Positions 8,682 to 18,406 of a stretch of DNA of 64,000 nt are shown one piece after another (the first letter of the stretch is position 1; every line of letters begins with the position of its first letter). Source of the stretch: Alphaproteobacteria bacterium (GTDB lineage: Bacteria; Pseudomonadota; Alphaproteobacteria; Bin95). The stretch is taken from contig OZ219786.1 of the NCBI GenBank assembly GCA_964291285.2, positions 672,001-736,000 on the forward strand, in the 5' to 3' direction. The position numbers and the translations under genes were made by a program. The notes beneath the pieces are model-generated. The model had not been told where the DNA came from, ran no database searches, and was given only the letters and a program-made list of their open reading frames with translations.

Positions 8682-9836
8682 TCAAAGGGGATCGACCGCC
8701 ATGGCCCTTGCGACAGCTTGCCCAATGCGCTCTGCTGCCTCCTCAATGTCGCGGTCTCGGACATGAGCGTAGCGCAGCGTCATGCGGACGTTGGAATGAC
8801 CGAGCATCCGGGAGACGACCGGCACCGGCACGCCGTTCATGACGGCATGGGTCGCCACCGTGTGACGCAGATCGTGGAGGCGGACGTCCTCGATCCCGGC
8901 CTCCCGGCGAACCCGATACCAGAGTTTGAGGTTGACGCTGCGTGAACTGGCGGGATTGGACAGCGAGGGAAACACGAAGGGGCTGCCGCTGCGGGGCTGG
9001 CGTTCAAGAATGCGTCGGGCCTGGCTGTTGAGGGGAACCTTTCTCGGACCCGTCTTGCTGTCCGCCAGGGCCAGCATGTCCTCCTGAACCTCGGACCAGT
9101 GGAGATTGACGATCTCGCTCCTGCGGCAACCGGTGAGCAGAAGAAGCCGGATTATATCGGCCTGCTGCCTGTCGCTCTTGCGGGTCTGCCTGTCGAGAGC
9201 CTCGTGCAGGCGGGCGATTTCCTCCTGCGACAGGAACCGGGTGAGCGCAGGGCGGCGGTTCCGTTCGAGGCCCTCGGTGGGATTGCTCCTTGTATGACCG
9301 CAGGCGACGGCGAAATTCATGATCTGACGGAAAATGTCCAGGGTGCGGTTGGCCCCGCCAGGCGCCGTCCGGCTGTACCGGTCGAACCAATGTCTGACCT
9401 GCGCATGCGTGATCCGGTCCAGTGGCCTCGACCCGAAGGCAGGCAAGAGCTGGCGCGTAAGAGCAGACAGCGTTCGTTTCCTTGTTAGCGGCTTGTAGCG
9501 GTCCAGATGCGCTTCCTTCCAGGATCCGGCGACGAAGTCCCGGAAAAGAGGAACTACGGGTGCCGGTACAACGGTTTCCTCCGGCTCCGGCCTCGCGCGG
9601 CGCGCATGGCATTCGCGGCGGGCCTCGACGACGGTTTTGGTGGAGACCGGGCCGAGCGAAACGCGCTTCGAACGCCCGCCCGCGTCCAGCAGCAGGATCC
9701 AGCTTTGCCCGCCGGAGGGCCGGACCCGAACCCCGAGGCCGGGCACGCGGCTGTCCCAGACGGTATATTCCCGCTCGCGGGGACGGAGTCGGGCGACGGC
9801 GGCATCGGTCAATTTCATGCGTTCCCTGGCGGCCAT
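8682..9836 (-). CDS. Tyrosine recombinase/integrase with N-terminal arm-binding (DUF4102-like) domain
   Basis: KLTDAAVARL..VWDSRVPGLGVRVRPSG N-terminus. Catalytic set TGCR, SKTG, LHDLRH, LGH and RY is intact. Confidence 0.92.
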   Translation of the reverse strand: MAARERMKLTDAAVARLRPREREYTVWDSRVPGLGVRVRPSGGQSWILLLDAGGRSKRVSLGPVSTKTVVEARRECHARRARPEPEETVVPAPVVPLFRDFVAGSWKEAHLDRYKPLTRKRTLSALTRQLLPAFGSRPLDRITHAQVRHWFDRYSRTAPGGANRTLDIFRQIMNFAVACGHTRSNPTEGLERNRRPALTRFLSQEEIARLHEALDRQTRKSDRQQADIIRLLLLTGCRRSEIVNLHWSEVQEDMLALADSKTGPRKVPLNSQARRILERQPRSGSPFVFPSLSNPASSRSVNLKLWYRVRREAGIEDVRLHDLRHTVATHAVMNGVPVPVVSRMLGHSNVRMTLRYAHVRDRDIEEAAERIGQAVARAMAVDPL

Positions 9837-11007
9837 GGATCAGCCTCCTCCCAGCACGGCGCCGATTTTCTCGGCGGCTTCCCGGATCATGGCGTCGGCG
9901 GCATGCGTGTATTTCAGCGTCGTTTCCGGCTTGCGGTGGCCGAGCAGCCTGCCGATGGCGAGCACCGTCTCGCCCTGCCGGAGCGCCAGGCTCGCATGCG
10001 TGTGACGCAGGTCGTGGAGGCGCACATCGTCAATATTCGCCTCCGCCCGGACCCGGGCCCAGAAGAAATCCAGCCAGCGCGCCGTCAGCGGTCGGTCGGT
10101 CCGTGCCGCGGGGAATACCCACCGGCCTTTCCGGTCCAGGGCGTTCAGGATGTCGCGGGCCGGCGTGGATAGCCAGACGGTTCGGGGTCCCGTCTTGCTA
10201 TCGCGCAAGAACAAGTGGCCGTCGCGGTAGTCGGACCATTGCAGGGTAAGGATCTCGCCCTTGCGGCAGCCCGTGAGCAGCAGCAGGCGGATGGTGGCGA
10301 CCTGCAGCGGCCATCGGGTCTCATGTGCCGTGAGCCTTGCGGACAGGCGGCGGATTTCCTCGTCGGCGAGGAACCGTTCCCGTCCCTTGCGGCGGTTGCG
10401 CCGGATGCCCCGGCAGGGATTGGAGTCCTCGGGCCTGAGGCCCATCTTCTCCGCCTCCTGCATGATGACGGAGAGCACGGGCAGGGACCGGTCGGCCGCC
10501 ACCGGGGTCGCGTGGAGAGAGGCGAACCAGTTCCGTACCTCCTGTCCGTCGATGTTTGCAATCTGGCGGCCTGCGAAATGCGGCATGATCCGCTTTCGCA
10601 GGTAGCTGCGGTTCACACGAAGCGTCCCGGCCTTCCAGACGCGGGCATAGCGCTCGAAGACGGTCCCGGCGACGGCTTCGAAGAGCGTCTCGTCAGGTCG
10701 ATGGAGGCCTCCCTTCCCGCGCCGGATGGCGGCAAGCATTTCGGCGGCGAGCGCCCGCGCTTCGCCGACGCTCGCGGTCTCCGCGTCGCCGACGACCTTC
10801 CAGACGCGTTCCCCGAGATACTGGCACTGGACGAAGAAGCATTTGCGGCCCGAGGGCAGCACCCGGACCCCGAACCCCCTGAGTTTTGCGTCGCGGATGT
10901 CCCGGGCATTCCTGCGGGGCTTGAGCGCCCAGGGCGAATTAATTGTCTGCCTGTGGGCCATGTTGAGGTGGGGTCCGGGGTGGCCATTTTTTTCTTGATA
11001 TGTCAGT

Positions 11008-12804
11008 GTGCCGGTCATGGCGAGGTTTCTGTTTGCGGGTGTTTGGGTTGATCTTCGCGCGGTCACGGTGCGCCCGACCTGGGGGGCACGGGAGCACCGG
11101 CGCTGGGACGATTTGGTAGCGGCGCACCACTATCTGCGGTTCCACGGCATCATCGGCAAGGGTCTGCGCCATGTCGCGGTTCATGGCGAGGCCTGGCTTG
11201 CCCTGGTTGGCTGGCAGCCTGGAGCGTTCAAGGTGGGAGCGCGGGACCGCTGGATCGGGTGGTCGGCGGAGCAGCAGTTCCGTCGCCTGCATCTGGTTGC
11301 CAACAACTCGCGCTTTGTCATCCTGACGCCTGAGCGGGTTCCCAACCTTGCCTCGCGGGTGCTGGGGCTGAGCGTGCGGCGGCTGTCGCAGGACCTGCGG
11401 GCGGCGCATGGCTATCCGGCTGTTGTGGCGGAGACGTTTGTGGACGTCTCGCGCTTCGCCGGCACCTGCTACCGCGCGGCCAACTGGCGCTCTCTGGGTC
11501 TGACGCGCGGCTTTGCCCGCGAGCCCGGAGGGGTGGCGCGCTGGCGTCACCACGGCCAGCCCAAGGAGGTCTTCGTGTTCGAACTGACACACGGCGCCCC
11601 CGAGGCGCTGAGCCATCCCGAGATACCGGCAGACTGGAACGCTGAGCAGCACACCGAGCCGATGGCGGCGCCCCGGCTGCGCAGCCTGTTCGAGTGTTTG
11701 GGCGAGGTGCCCGAATACCGCCATGCCCGGGGCAAGCGCTATGCGCTCACCACCATTCTGACGCTGGCCGTTGCCGCCCGGCTTGCCGGATACCGGGGTG
11801 TGAACGCCTTCGCCCAGTTCGCCGCCCTGCTCTCCCAGAAGCAACTCAAGGCGGTGGGCGCCTTCTGGAGCCCATCCAGGCAGTGCTACACGCCGCCGGC
11901 GGTCACCACCTTCCACAACATCCTCGCCGCCCTGCCGCCACAGACCCTGGACAATGCCATCGGCCAGTGGGCCGGACAGCACAGCAGTGCGCACGCGCCT
12001 GTGGCCATGGACGGAAAGGATTTGCGCGGTGCCTCGAAGCAGACCGAAGACCGGCGCAGGAGGATGGTCGCTGCGGTGGCGCATGACACCGGCGTGGTCC
12101 TCGGGCAGGTCGAAGTCAGCTCCAAAAGCAACGAAATCCCGGCCGTGCGCGAACTTTCCAGCGGTCTCGACCTCACAGGCCGGATCGTCACCATCGATGC
12201 GATGCACGCCCAGCACGAGACCGCGCGTTGCCTGCTCGAACGCCGTGCCGACTACGTGGTCAGCGCGGTGAAGGGCAACCAGCAGACCATCCTCGAAGAC
12301 CTCAAGGCGATCGACTTCAGCGATGCGCCCTGGCACGAAACCGTCGACAAGGGCCATGGTCGCATTGAGCGCCGACGCTGCGCCGTCGTCGACCTCTGCG
12401 CTGCCGAGTGGGACGGCTACGCCCACCTTCACGGGCGCCGCCAGGCAATGCGCATGGAACGCGAGCGCAAGATGCTCAAAACCGGCAAGCGCAGCATCGA
12501 GGTCACCTGGAGCCTGACGTCGCTTGGCGCAGAGCGAGCCGGCCCCAAGGAGCTTCTCGATCTGGTGCGCAACCACTGGCACATCGAGAACCGTGTGCAC
12601 TATGTGCGTGACTTCACCTATGACGAAGACCGTTGCCGGGCATATGTGCGCCACCTGCCCGGAAATCTGGCCTGCTTGAGCAACGCGGCCATCGCTATCG
12701 TGCGCTGCGACGGACGCTTCCGATATGTACCCGAGGCCAACCGGCACTACGCCGCCCGCGCCCAAGAGGCCCTCGACGCGATTATGATCGCGCCCAGCGG
12801 CTGA
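11008..12804 (+). CDS. ISAs1-family transposase fused to an N-terminal DUF4338 (DruA-like) domain
   Basis: C-terminal part has VAMDGKDLRG, KSNEIPA, IVTIDAMHAQ, VKGNQ and RNHWHIENRVHYVRD. N-terminal part has HHYL, RDRWIGWS, VANNSRFVIL, NLASRVL and ETFVD..FAGTCYRAANW. Confidence 0.85.
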   Translation: MPVMARFLFAGVWVDLRAVTVRPTWGAREHRRWDDLVAAHHYLRFHGIIGKGLRHVAVHGEAWLALVGWQPGAFKVGARDRWIGWSAEQQFRRLHLVANNSRFVILTPERVPNLASRVLGLSVRRLSQDLRAAHGYPAVVAETFVDVSRFAGTCYRAANWRSLGLTRGFAREPGGVARWRHHGQPKEVFVFELTHGAPEALSHPEIPADWNAEQHTEPMAAPRLRSLFECLGEVPEYRHARGKRYALTTILTLAVAARLAGYRGVNAFAQFAALLSQKQLKAVGAFWSPSRQCYTPPAVTTFHNILAALPPQTLDNAIGQWAGQHSSAHAPVAMDGKDLRGASKQTEDRRRRMVAAVAHDTGVVLGQVEVSSKSNEIPAVRELSSGLDLTGRIVTIDAMHAQHETARCLLERRADYVVSAVKGNQQTILEDLKAIDFSDAPWHETVDKGHGRIERRRCAVVDLCAAEWDGYAHLHGRRQAMRMERERKMLKTGKRSIEVTWSLTSLGAERAGPKELLDLVRNHWHIENRVHYVRDFTYDEDRCRAYVRHLPGNLACLSNAAIAIVRCDGRFRYVPEANRHYAARAQEALDAIMIAPSG

Positions 12805-12973
12805 TACCCCACCCCCCACCGCAATACAGGCTCGGGCCGAAGAACGGCGCAGCAAAACAACTGCGCCCGTCGAGGACGAAAACACTGGACCGCGGCATCA
12901 AGAAACCACCATGACGGCGGCCAGAAACGTCTGGGGTTCCCCAAAACACCGGCAGCCAGACCGAAATCACTCA

Positions 12974-13904
12974 GAGCCTGACCCAAAAAGAGTTGAGCGG
13001 TTTCAAGGGATTGTGATTCAGTTCGGTTATGCATCTGAACGGAGCCACGAATGCCCTGGACCGAAACCGCTCGCCGGGAGTATCGGCGGGACTGCCCACG
13101 ATATGCAAGCGATCTGACCGACGCTGAGTGGTCTCTGATCGAGCCCTTCATGCCGTTGCCCTGCCGTATCGGTCGCCCGCGCCAGACCGATCTGCGCGAG
13201 GTCGTAAATGCGGTGCTGTATATGGCCACGACCGGTTGTCAGTGGCGCCAGCTGCCGAAGGACTTTCCGCCGGTCTCGACGGTGCAGCGCTATTTCTACG
13301 AGTGGCGCGACAACAGGCTGTGGCAGACGATCCGGTTCCACCTGGCCGTGCAGGCGCGCGAACGCGAGGGGCGCGAGGCCCAGCCGAGCGCGGGCGTGAT
13401 CGACAGCCAGACGGTGAAAACCACGGAGGCAGGCGGGGTTAGCGGCTATGACGCCGGCAAGAAGGTCAAAGGGCGCAAGCGCCACGCTGTCGTCGACACC
13501 ATCGGCATGCTCTTCGGCCTCGTCGTACATGCCGCCGACGTTCAGGACCGCGACGGCGCCCCGGCCGTGCTGAAATCCATCCGCCACGCCTGCCCCTGGC
13601 TGCGTCATCTGTTCGCCGATGGCGGATATGCCGGGCCGAAACTGCGCGGCGCCCTCGACAGGATCGGCAAGTGGACGCTCGAAATCGTCAAACGCTCCGA
13701 CACCGCCAACGGCTTCGAAGTCCTCCCCGGACGATGGGTCGTCGAACGCACCTTCGCATGGCTCGGGCGCTGCCGCAGGCTGGCAAAAGACTGGGAAAAA
13801 TCCATCGCCTCAAGCGAAGCATGGATCAACATCGCCCATATCCGGCTCACAACACGCCGACTCGCAAGGCCTTGAAAAACTTCAGCGAGTTTCGAGTCAG
13901 GCTC
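12974..13904 (+). mobile_element. IS5-family (IS1031-like) element
   Basis: IRs GAGCCTGACCCAAAA / TTTCGAGTCAGGCTC. 3-bp TCA duplication at 12971-12973 and 13905-13907. Confidence 0.9.
13051..13875 (+). CDS. IS5-family transposase
   Basis: YASDLTDAEW, TGCQWRQLPKDFPP, VIDSQTVK, GYDAGKKVKGRKRH and WVVERTFAWL. Confidence 0.93.
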   Translation: MPWTETARREYRRDCPRYASDLTDAEWSLIEPFMPLPCRIGRPRQTDLREVVNAVLYMATTGCQWRQLPKDFPPVSTVQRYFYEWRDNRLWQTIRFHLAVQAREREGREAQPSAGVIDSQTVKTTEAGGVSGYDAGKKVKGRKRHAVVDTIGMLFGLVVHAADVQDRDGAPAVLKSIRHACPWLRHLFADGGYAGPKLRGALDRIGKWTLEIVKRSDTANGFEVLPGRWVVERTFAWLGRCRRLAKDWEKSIASSEAWINIAHIRLTTRRLARP

Positions 13905-13930
13905 TCAGCTCGACTTTGTACAAAATTACC

Positions 13931-14218
13931 TCACGTCCATGTCCAGAAGATCTCGTTTTTGGCGATTTCGTCGAGGGCCTGTTCGAGCGGGAGCACGATG
14001 CCCCCCATGTCTCCGACGTCCTGCCAGGACTGGCGCCAGGACCAGTAGCGCACCCTCATCTTGTCACCTGAGCCTTTCGGCTGGAGCCTTGCGATCGGTG
14101 CCTGCGTGGCCGTGAGATACAGATTGTAGCCGCCGCGCACCCTGGTGACCGTCACGCCCCCGCCCCTGGATTTGTTGAACGCTTCGATGCGCGCCAGACA
14201 GGGGTCGGATGCGGCCAT
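13931..14218 (-). CDS. Small passenger protein inside the IS701 element (possibly DUF3024-like)
   Basis: 95 aa, MAASDPCLARIEAFN...PIARLQPKGSGDKMRVRYWSWRQSW. Divergent from the transposase and inside the IRs. Confidence 0.55.
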   Translation of the reverse strand: MAASDPCLARIEAFNKSRGGGVTVTRVRGGYNLYLTATQAPIARLQPKGSGDKMRVRYWSWRQSWQDVGDMGGIVLPLEQALDEIAKNEIFWTWT

Positions 14219-14303
14219 GAAGCAGTGATATCGGATTGGATGGCTTCTGTCGCTGCAGCGATGCTGATTCACCCGGTCGCATGCGGGCGCCCTTGCATGC
14301 CGG

Positions 14304-15710
14304 ATGCTTCTGGATTCGAAGGTCGTCATGACACATTTCGACGACCCTTCGAGCGCCATCGGCGATCCGGTTCCGCCGTTCCTGATCGACTGGCTGGAGC
14401 CCTTTCGAGGCGCCTTCTCATCCCCGACCTGGCGGCTGGTGGCGGTTCTGGTCATGGGAGCGTTGCTGGCGCCGGGCAAGAGAACCGTGTCGGCCTGCCT
14501 GCGGGTGACCGGGCGGGCGATGTGCGAGACATTCTCGTCCTACCATCAGGTTCTCAATCGCGCCCGCTGGGACCCGCGTGACCTTTCACGCCGGCTCGTG
14601 CTCGTGCTGGTGGCGCGGCTTGCCGGGCAGGGACCGATCATCATCGGGCTCGATGACACCATCGAGCGCCGCTGGGGCGCGCGTATCAAGGCGCGCGGCA
14701 TCTATCGCGACCCGGTGCGTTCCAGCCATGGCCATTTCGTCAAGACCAGCGGGCTGCGCTGGCTCAGCTTCATGCTGCTTGTCCCGCTGCCCTGGTCGCC
14801 GGGCATCAGGGCCCTGCCCTTCCTGACCATCCTGGCCCCGTCCGAACGCTTCGCCGCCAGGCAAGGCCGGCGTCACAAGCAACTCACCGACTGGGCGCGA
14901 CAGGGCATGCTTCAAATCCTTCGCTGGGTCCCGCAACGCGCGATCGTCTTCGTCGCCGACAGCAGTTTCGGAACCCACGAACTCGCCTGGCGCATCGGAC
15001 AGCGCGCAACCCTCATCAGCAGGCTGAGGCTCGATGCCAACCTCTTCGCGCCCCCGCCGCCGCGCGACCCGAACAAACGCGGTCGACCCCGGCAAAAGGG
15101 GCCGCCCCTGCCCAAGCTCCAGACCCGCCTTGACGACCCCGATGCCCGCTGGACAAGCATCACGCTTCCGCGCTGGTACGGAAGTTCGAAGGAAAAGACA
15201 CTCCAGATCATCTCCGATACCGCGCTCTGGTATCGTCCCGGCACACCTCCCAAGGCCATCCGATGGGTGCTGGTGCGAGACCCGGAAGGCGAGCGGGACC
15301 CGCAGGCGTTCTTCTGCACCGACACCAACATGGAGCCGGCCAAGATCATCGCCACCTTCGTGCGGCGCTGGCAGGTCGAGGTCACCTTCCAGGAACTGCG
15401 CGCCCATCTCGGGCTCGAAACACAACGCCAGTGGTCACACGCGGCGATCGCACGAACCACCCCCGTCCTCTGCGGGCTCTACAGCCTCGTCTGCCTCTGG
15501 GCCACAGACGTGCTCTCGACAAACCACCTGTCCTACGCCGCCGCCTGGTACCAGAAAACCAGCGTCACATTCTCCGATGCAATCGCGGCCATACGATGCC
15601 AACTCTGGCTTGGAAACAATTTATCGCGCTCCCCGCCACACCGGGAACCAAACATAATTCCGCCCGACAAGATAAGGCGGATGCAGTACGCCCTCTGCTT
15701 CGCAGCATAA
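14304..15710 (+). CDS. IS701-family DDE transposase
   Basis: IIGLDDTIERRWG, GIYRDPVRSSHG, FVADSSF and RRWQVEVTFQELRAHLG. Confidence 0.85.
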   Translation: MLLDSKVVMTHFDDPSSAIGDPVPPFLIDWLEPFRGAFSSPTWRLVAVLVMGALLAPGKRTVSACLRVTGRAMCETFSSYHQVLNRARWDPRDLSRRLVLVLVARLAGQGPIIIGLDDTIERRWGARIKARGIYRDPVRSSHGHFVKTSGLRWLSFMLLVPLPWSPGIRALPFLTILAPSERFAARQGRRHKQLTDWARQGMLQILRWVPQRAIVFVADSSFGTHELAWRIGQRATLISRLRLDANLFAPPPPRDPNKRGRPRQKGPPLPKLQTRLDDPDARWTSITLPRWYGSSKEKTLQIISDTALWYRPGTPPKAIRWVLVRDPEGERDPQAFFCTDTNMEPAKIIATFVRRWQVEVTFQELRAHLGLETQRQWSHAAIARTTPVLCGLYSLVCLWATDVLSTNHLSYAAAWYQKTSVTFSDAIAAIRCQLWLGNNLSRSPPHREPNIIPPDKIRRMQYALCFAA

Positions 15711-15899
15711 TGCACAAAGTCGAGCTCAGACAAAGCCCGCGGTTCGACTAAAAATTTTCCCTGCTTGAGCGCCTTGACGCGGGCCTCGGTAAGGGCGATT
15801 CTGGGCATGTGCATTCTCCCGTTTCCTGTGGCAATCGGGGAGCCCGGCGCTTGCGGAACCGTCCCGATTGCCACTGTTTTCGAGAGAAAAACGACGCTA

Positions 15900-15912
15900 T
15901 ATCAAATAGTTA
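15900..15912 (+). promoter_or_regulatory. IHF consensus site at the probable attachment end of the integrase element
   Basis: TATCAAATAGTTA matches WATCAANNNNTTR exactly. It lies about 90 bp upstream of the split integrase start. Confidence 0.55.
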
Positions 15913-16492
15913 GCACCGAAGGTGCGCGGGCGGTGTGGCCCGCCGGCCCCGCGTCTTCGAGCGCGTCTTCCAATGCCCGCCAGGACCGGAAGACGGGGCA
16001 GGCATGGACGAGGCCGACCGGGCCGAACCGGGTCTCGACCCGCGCGGAGAAGGGCAGGACCTTCAGCATGTCCATCCAGGCGCGCACGCTGTCTTCCGGG
16101 CTCCGCTCACGCCACCAGCCGCCGCCGTTCATCCGCCAGAGGCCCCAGGGGCCGCCCGCCCTGCGCAGCCCGCCGGGCGGCGGCAGGGGCGAGGAGGCGA
16201 GCGCCTCCAGCATCATCTGCTCGTGATTGCCGCGGACCACGAGGTCGAAGCGGGCCGACGGGTCCCTGCCCGCGATCCATGTCCTGGCCTCGAAGGAGTC
16301 CGGTCCGCGGTCGATCAGGTCGCCGAGCGAGAACAGCCGGTCGCCCTGCCCGAATTCCAGCCCGGCCAGCGCCCGGCGCAGCGTGGCGAAATGGCCGTGA
16401 ACATCGCCGACGACAAGGTCGCGGCCATTCCGGTTCGGCCCGAGGCTCACGCTGAGCGCCGCGCCGGGCGGAGAGAAGCTGTCGAGTCTCAC
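15902..16492 (-). pseudogene. Metallophosphoesterase (PphA/lambda-phosphatase-like), probably C-terminally truncated
   Basis: GDVHG, GDLIDRG, RGNHE and LVHA motifs. The ORF ends abruptly in the AT-rich att-like segment and lacks the usual GHT-P/IDTG C-terminal motifs. Confidence 0.7.
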
Positions 16493-16641
16493 GGGGCTGC
16501 CGCCTTTCCTGCTGCGAGTGAAGCGGAACATAGGACAGCCTGGGCGCGAGGCCAGCGCCGAAGTCCGGTATTCCGGCCGGGTGCGGCGGCGCCGGACGGG
16601 CGCTATGCTGGACGGGCGCACGATGCCCGGAGACGACGCCC

Positions 16642-17607
16642 GTGAGACCCTATTCCGCTGCCGCCGGATGGCGCGGGGAGCCGCGCTACCCCGACCCGCT
16701 GATCGAAATCCTGGACCCGCGCTTCGAGCGCTACCGCATCTTCAGCGCGGCCGTGGAGCGGCTCTGGACGGGATGCCGCTGGGCCGAAGGGCCGGTCTGG
16801 TTCGGCGACGGGCGCTGCCTGCTCTGGTCCGACATCCCCAACAACCGCATCCTGAAGTGGGAAGAGGAAACCGGGCGGGTCTCGCTCTGGCGCCGGCCGA
16901 CGGACTTCGCCAACGGCCACACCCGCGACCTGCAGGGGCGGCTGGTGACCTGCGAGCATGGCGGGCGGCGCGTCACGCGCACCGAATATGACGGCAGCGT
17001 CACCGTGCTAGCCGACAACTGGCAGGGCAGGCGGCTCAACTCCCCCAACGATGTCGTGGTGAAGTCCGACGGCTCCGTCTGGTTCACCGACCCGCTGTTC
17101 GGGATCCTCGGCGACTACGAAGGCCACAAGTCCGAGAGCGAGACGCCGATGGCCGTCTATCGCCTCGACGGCGCGACCGGGGAGATGCGCCTCGTCGCCG
17201 ACGATATCGCCGGGCCGAACGGGCTCTGCTTCTCCCCGGACGAGAGCATTCTCTACATCGTCGAATCCCGCGGCGAGCCGACCCGCAAGATCCTCGCCTA
17301 CGATGTGGGCGGGGACGGCGCGCTCTCCGGCCGGCGCGTGGCGATCGACGCCGGCCCCGGCGGCACGCCGGACGGGATGCGCGCCGATATCGACGGCAAT
17401 CTCTGGTGCGGCTGGGGCATGGGTTCGGCCGAACTCGACGGCGTGATGGTGTTCGCCCCGGACGGCGCGCCCATCGGCCGGATCGCCCTGCCGGAGCGCT
17501 GCGCGAATGTCTGTTTCGGCGGCCGCAAGCGCAACCGGCTGTTCATGGCGGCCAGCCGGTCGCTCTACGCGGTCTATGTCAACACGCAGGGCGCGCACCA
17601 CGTCTGA
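16642..17607 (+). CDS. SMP-30/gluconolactonase family protein
   Basis: WAEGPVW, SDIPNNRI, LNSPND, PNGLCFSPDE and PDGMRAD. Confidence 0.9.
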   Translation: MRPYSAAAGWRGEPRYPDPLIEILDPRFERYRIFSAAVERLWTGCRWAEGPVWFGDGRCLLWSDIPNNRILKWEEETGRVSLWRRPTDFANGHTRDLQGRLVTCEHGGRRVTRTEYDGSVTVLADNWQGRRLNSPNDVVVKSDGSVWFTDPLFGILGDYEGHKSESETPMAVYRLDGATGEMRLVADDIAGPNGLCFSPDESILYIVESRGEPTRKILAYDVGGDGALSGRRVAIDAGPGGTPDGMRADIDGNLWCGWGMGSAELDGVMVFAPDGAPIGRIALPERCANVCFGGRKRNRLFMAASRSLYAVYVNTQGAHHV

Positions 17608-17618
17608 CCGGCGCGGCC

Positions 17619-18392
17619 ATGCTTGAGGCGCTGGACGGCGTCTCGGCGGCCGGGCTGGCGGTTGCCGGCGGGGCGGCTGTCGCCGGCGGGCTCGTCAGGG
17701 GGTTCACCGGCTTCGGCGGGGCGCTGGTGATGGTGCCCGTGCTGAGTCTGGTGCTGGGGCCGGGCGCGGCGCTGGCCGCGGTCTGCGCTTCGGGTGTGCC
17801 GGTCATCCTGCAATTGCTGCCGGCGGCGCTGCGCCACGGCGAACGCGGCTTCGTGCTGCCCTTCGCAGCCGCCGCCTTCGCGGCCGCCCCGGCGGGAACC
17901 TGGGTCCTGGTCGCGGTCCCGCCCGCCGCCATGAAGATCGCCATATCGCTCGCCGTGCTGGCGATGACGGCGATGATGGCCTGGGGCTGGCGCTTCCCCG
18001 CCCGCGCCGGCGCCGCCGTCATGGCGGGGCTCGGCGCAGCGGCCGGCCTGGTGCAGGGTGCGACGGGCGTCGGCGGGCCGCCGGCCGTCGCCGCCGCGCT
18101 CGCCCGGCACGGTTCCCCGGAAACCCAGCGCGGCAATGTCATCGGCGCGGTCTCCGCGCTCGGCCTCTGCGCGGCGGTCCCCTACTGGTTCCACGGCCTG
18201 TTCACCCTGGAGGCGCTGGCCGTCGCCGCTGTGATCCTGCCGGCCTATATCGGCTCCACCTGGGTCGGCATCCGGCTTTTCGCGGGCCGGGGCAAGGCCT
18301 GGTACCGCCGTGCGGCGCTCGCCGTGCTGGCGGCGGTCGGCCTTGCCACGCTCGCTTTCGCGCTGCATGACTACGTCCCGGCGGCAGGATAA
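17619..18392 (+). CDS. Sulfite exporter TauE/SafE family membrane protein
   Basis: GLVRGFTGFGGALV and GLVQGATGVGGPP repeats with multiple TM segments. Confidence 0.82.
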   Translation: MLEALDGVSAAGLAVAGGAAVAGGLVRGFTGFGGALVMVPVLSLVLGPGAALAAVCASGVPVILQLLPAALRHGERGFVLPFAAAAFAAAPAGTWVLVAVPPAAMKIAISLAVLAMTAMMAWGWRFPARAGAAVMAGLGAAAGLVQGATGVGGPPAVAAALARHGSPETQRGNVIGAVSALGLCAAVPYWFHGLFTLEALAVAAVILPAYIGSTWVGIRLFAGRGKAWYRRAALAVLAAVGLATLAFALHDYVPAAG

Positions 18393-18406
18393 GGAGGACA
18401 CATTCC

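Larger units (their letters stand above)
13909..15724 (+). mobile_element. IS701-family element with a passenger ORF
   Basis: IRs CTCGACTTTGTACA / TGCACAAAGTCGAG. Flanked by CTCAG direct repeats at 13904-13908 and 15725-15729. Confidence 0.82.
10930..15763 (+). mobile_element. ISAs1-family element carrying two nested ISs
   Basis: IRs CAGGGCGAATT (10930) and AATTTTCCCTG (ending 15763). 10-bp target duplication CTTGAGCGCC at 10920-10929 and 15764-15773. Confidence 0.9.
9840..15808 (-). pseudogene. Second tyrosine integrase, split by IS insertion (pieces 15764-15808 and 9840-10919; 374 aa when rejoined)
   Basis: MPRIALTEARVKALK (15808-15764) joins in frame to PRRNARDIRDAKLRGFGVRVLPSG (from 10919) once the ISAs1 element and one copy of the 10-bp duplication are removed. 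Catalytic motifs TGCR, SKTG, LHDLRH, LGH and KY are present. Confidence 0.88.

Noticed and set aside
8546-8764. 72-aa ORF after the second integrase as a third element gene
   Set aside because: It overlaps the integrase 3' end and has no recognisable motif or clear RBS.
9840-11066. 408-aa integrase ORF as an intact gene
   Set aside because: Its first ~45 residues are read out of the ISAs1 left end. The real N-terminus is at 15764-15808.
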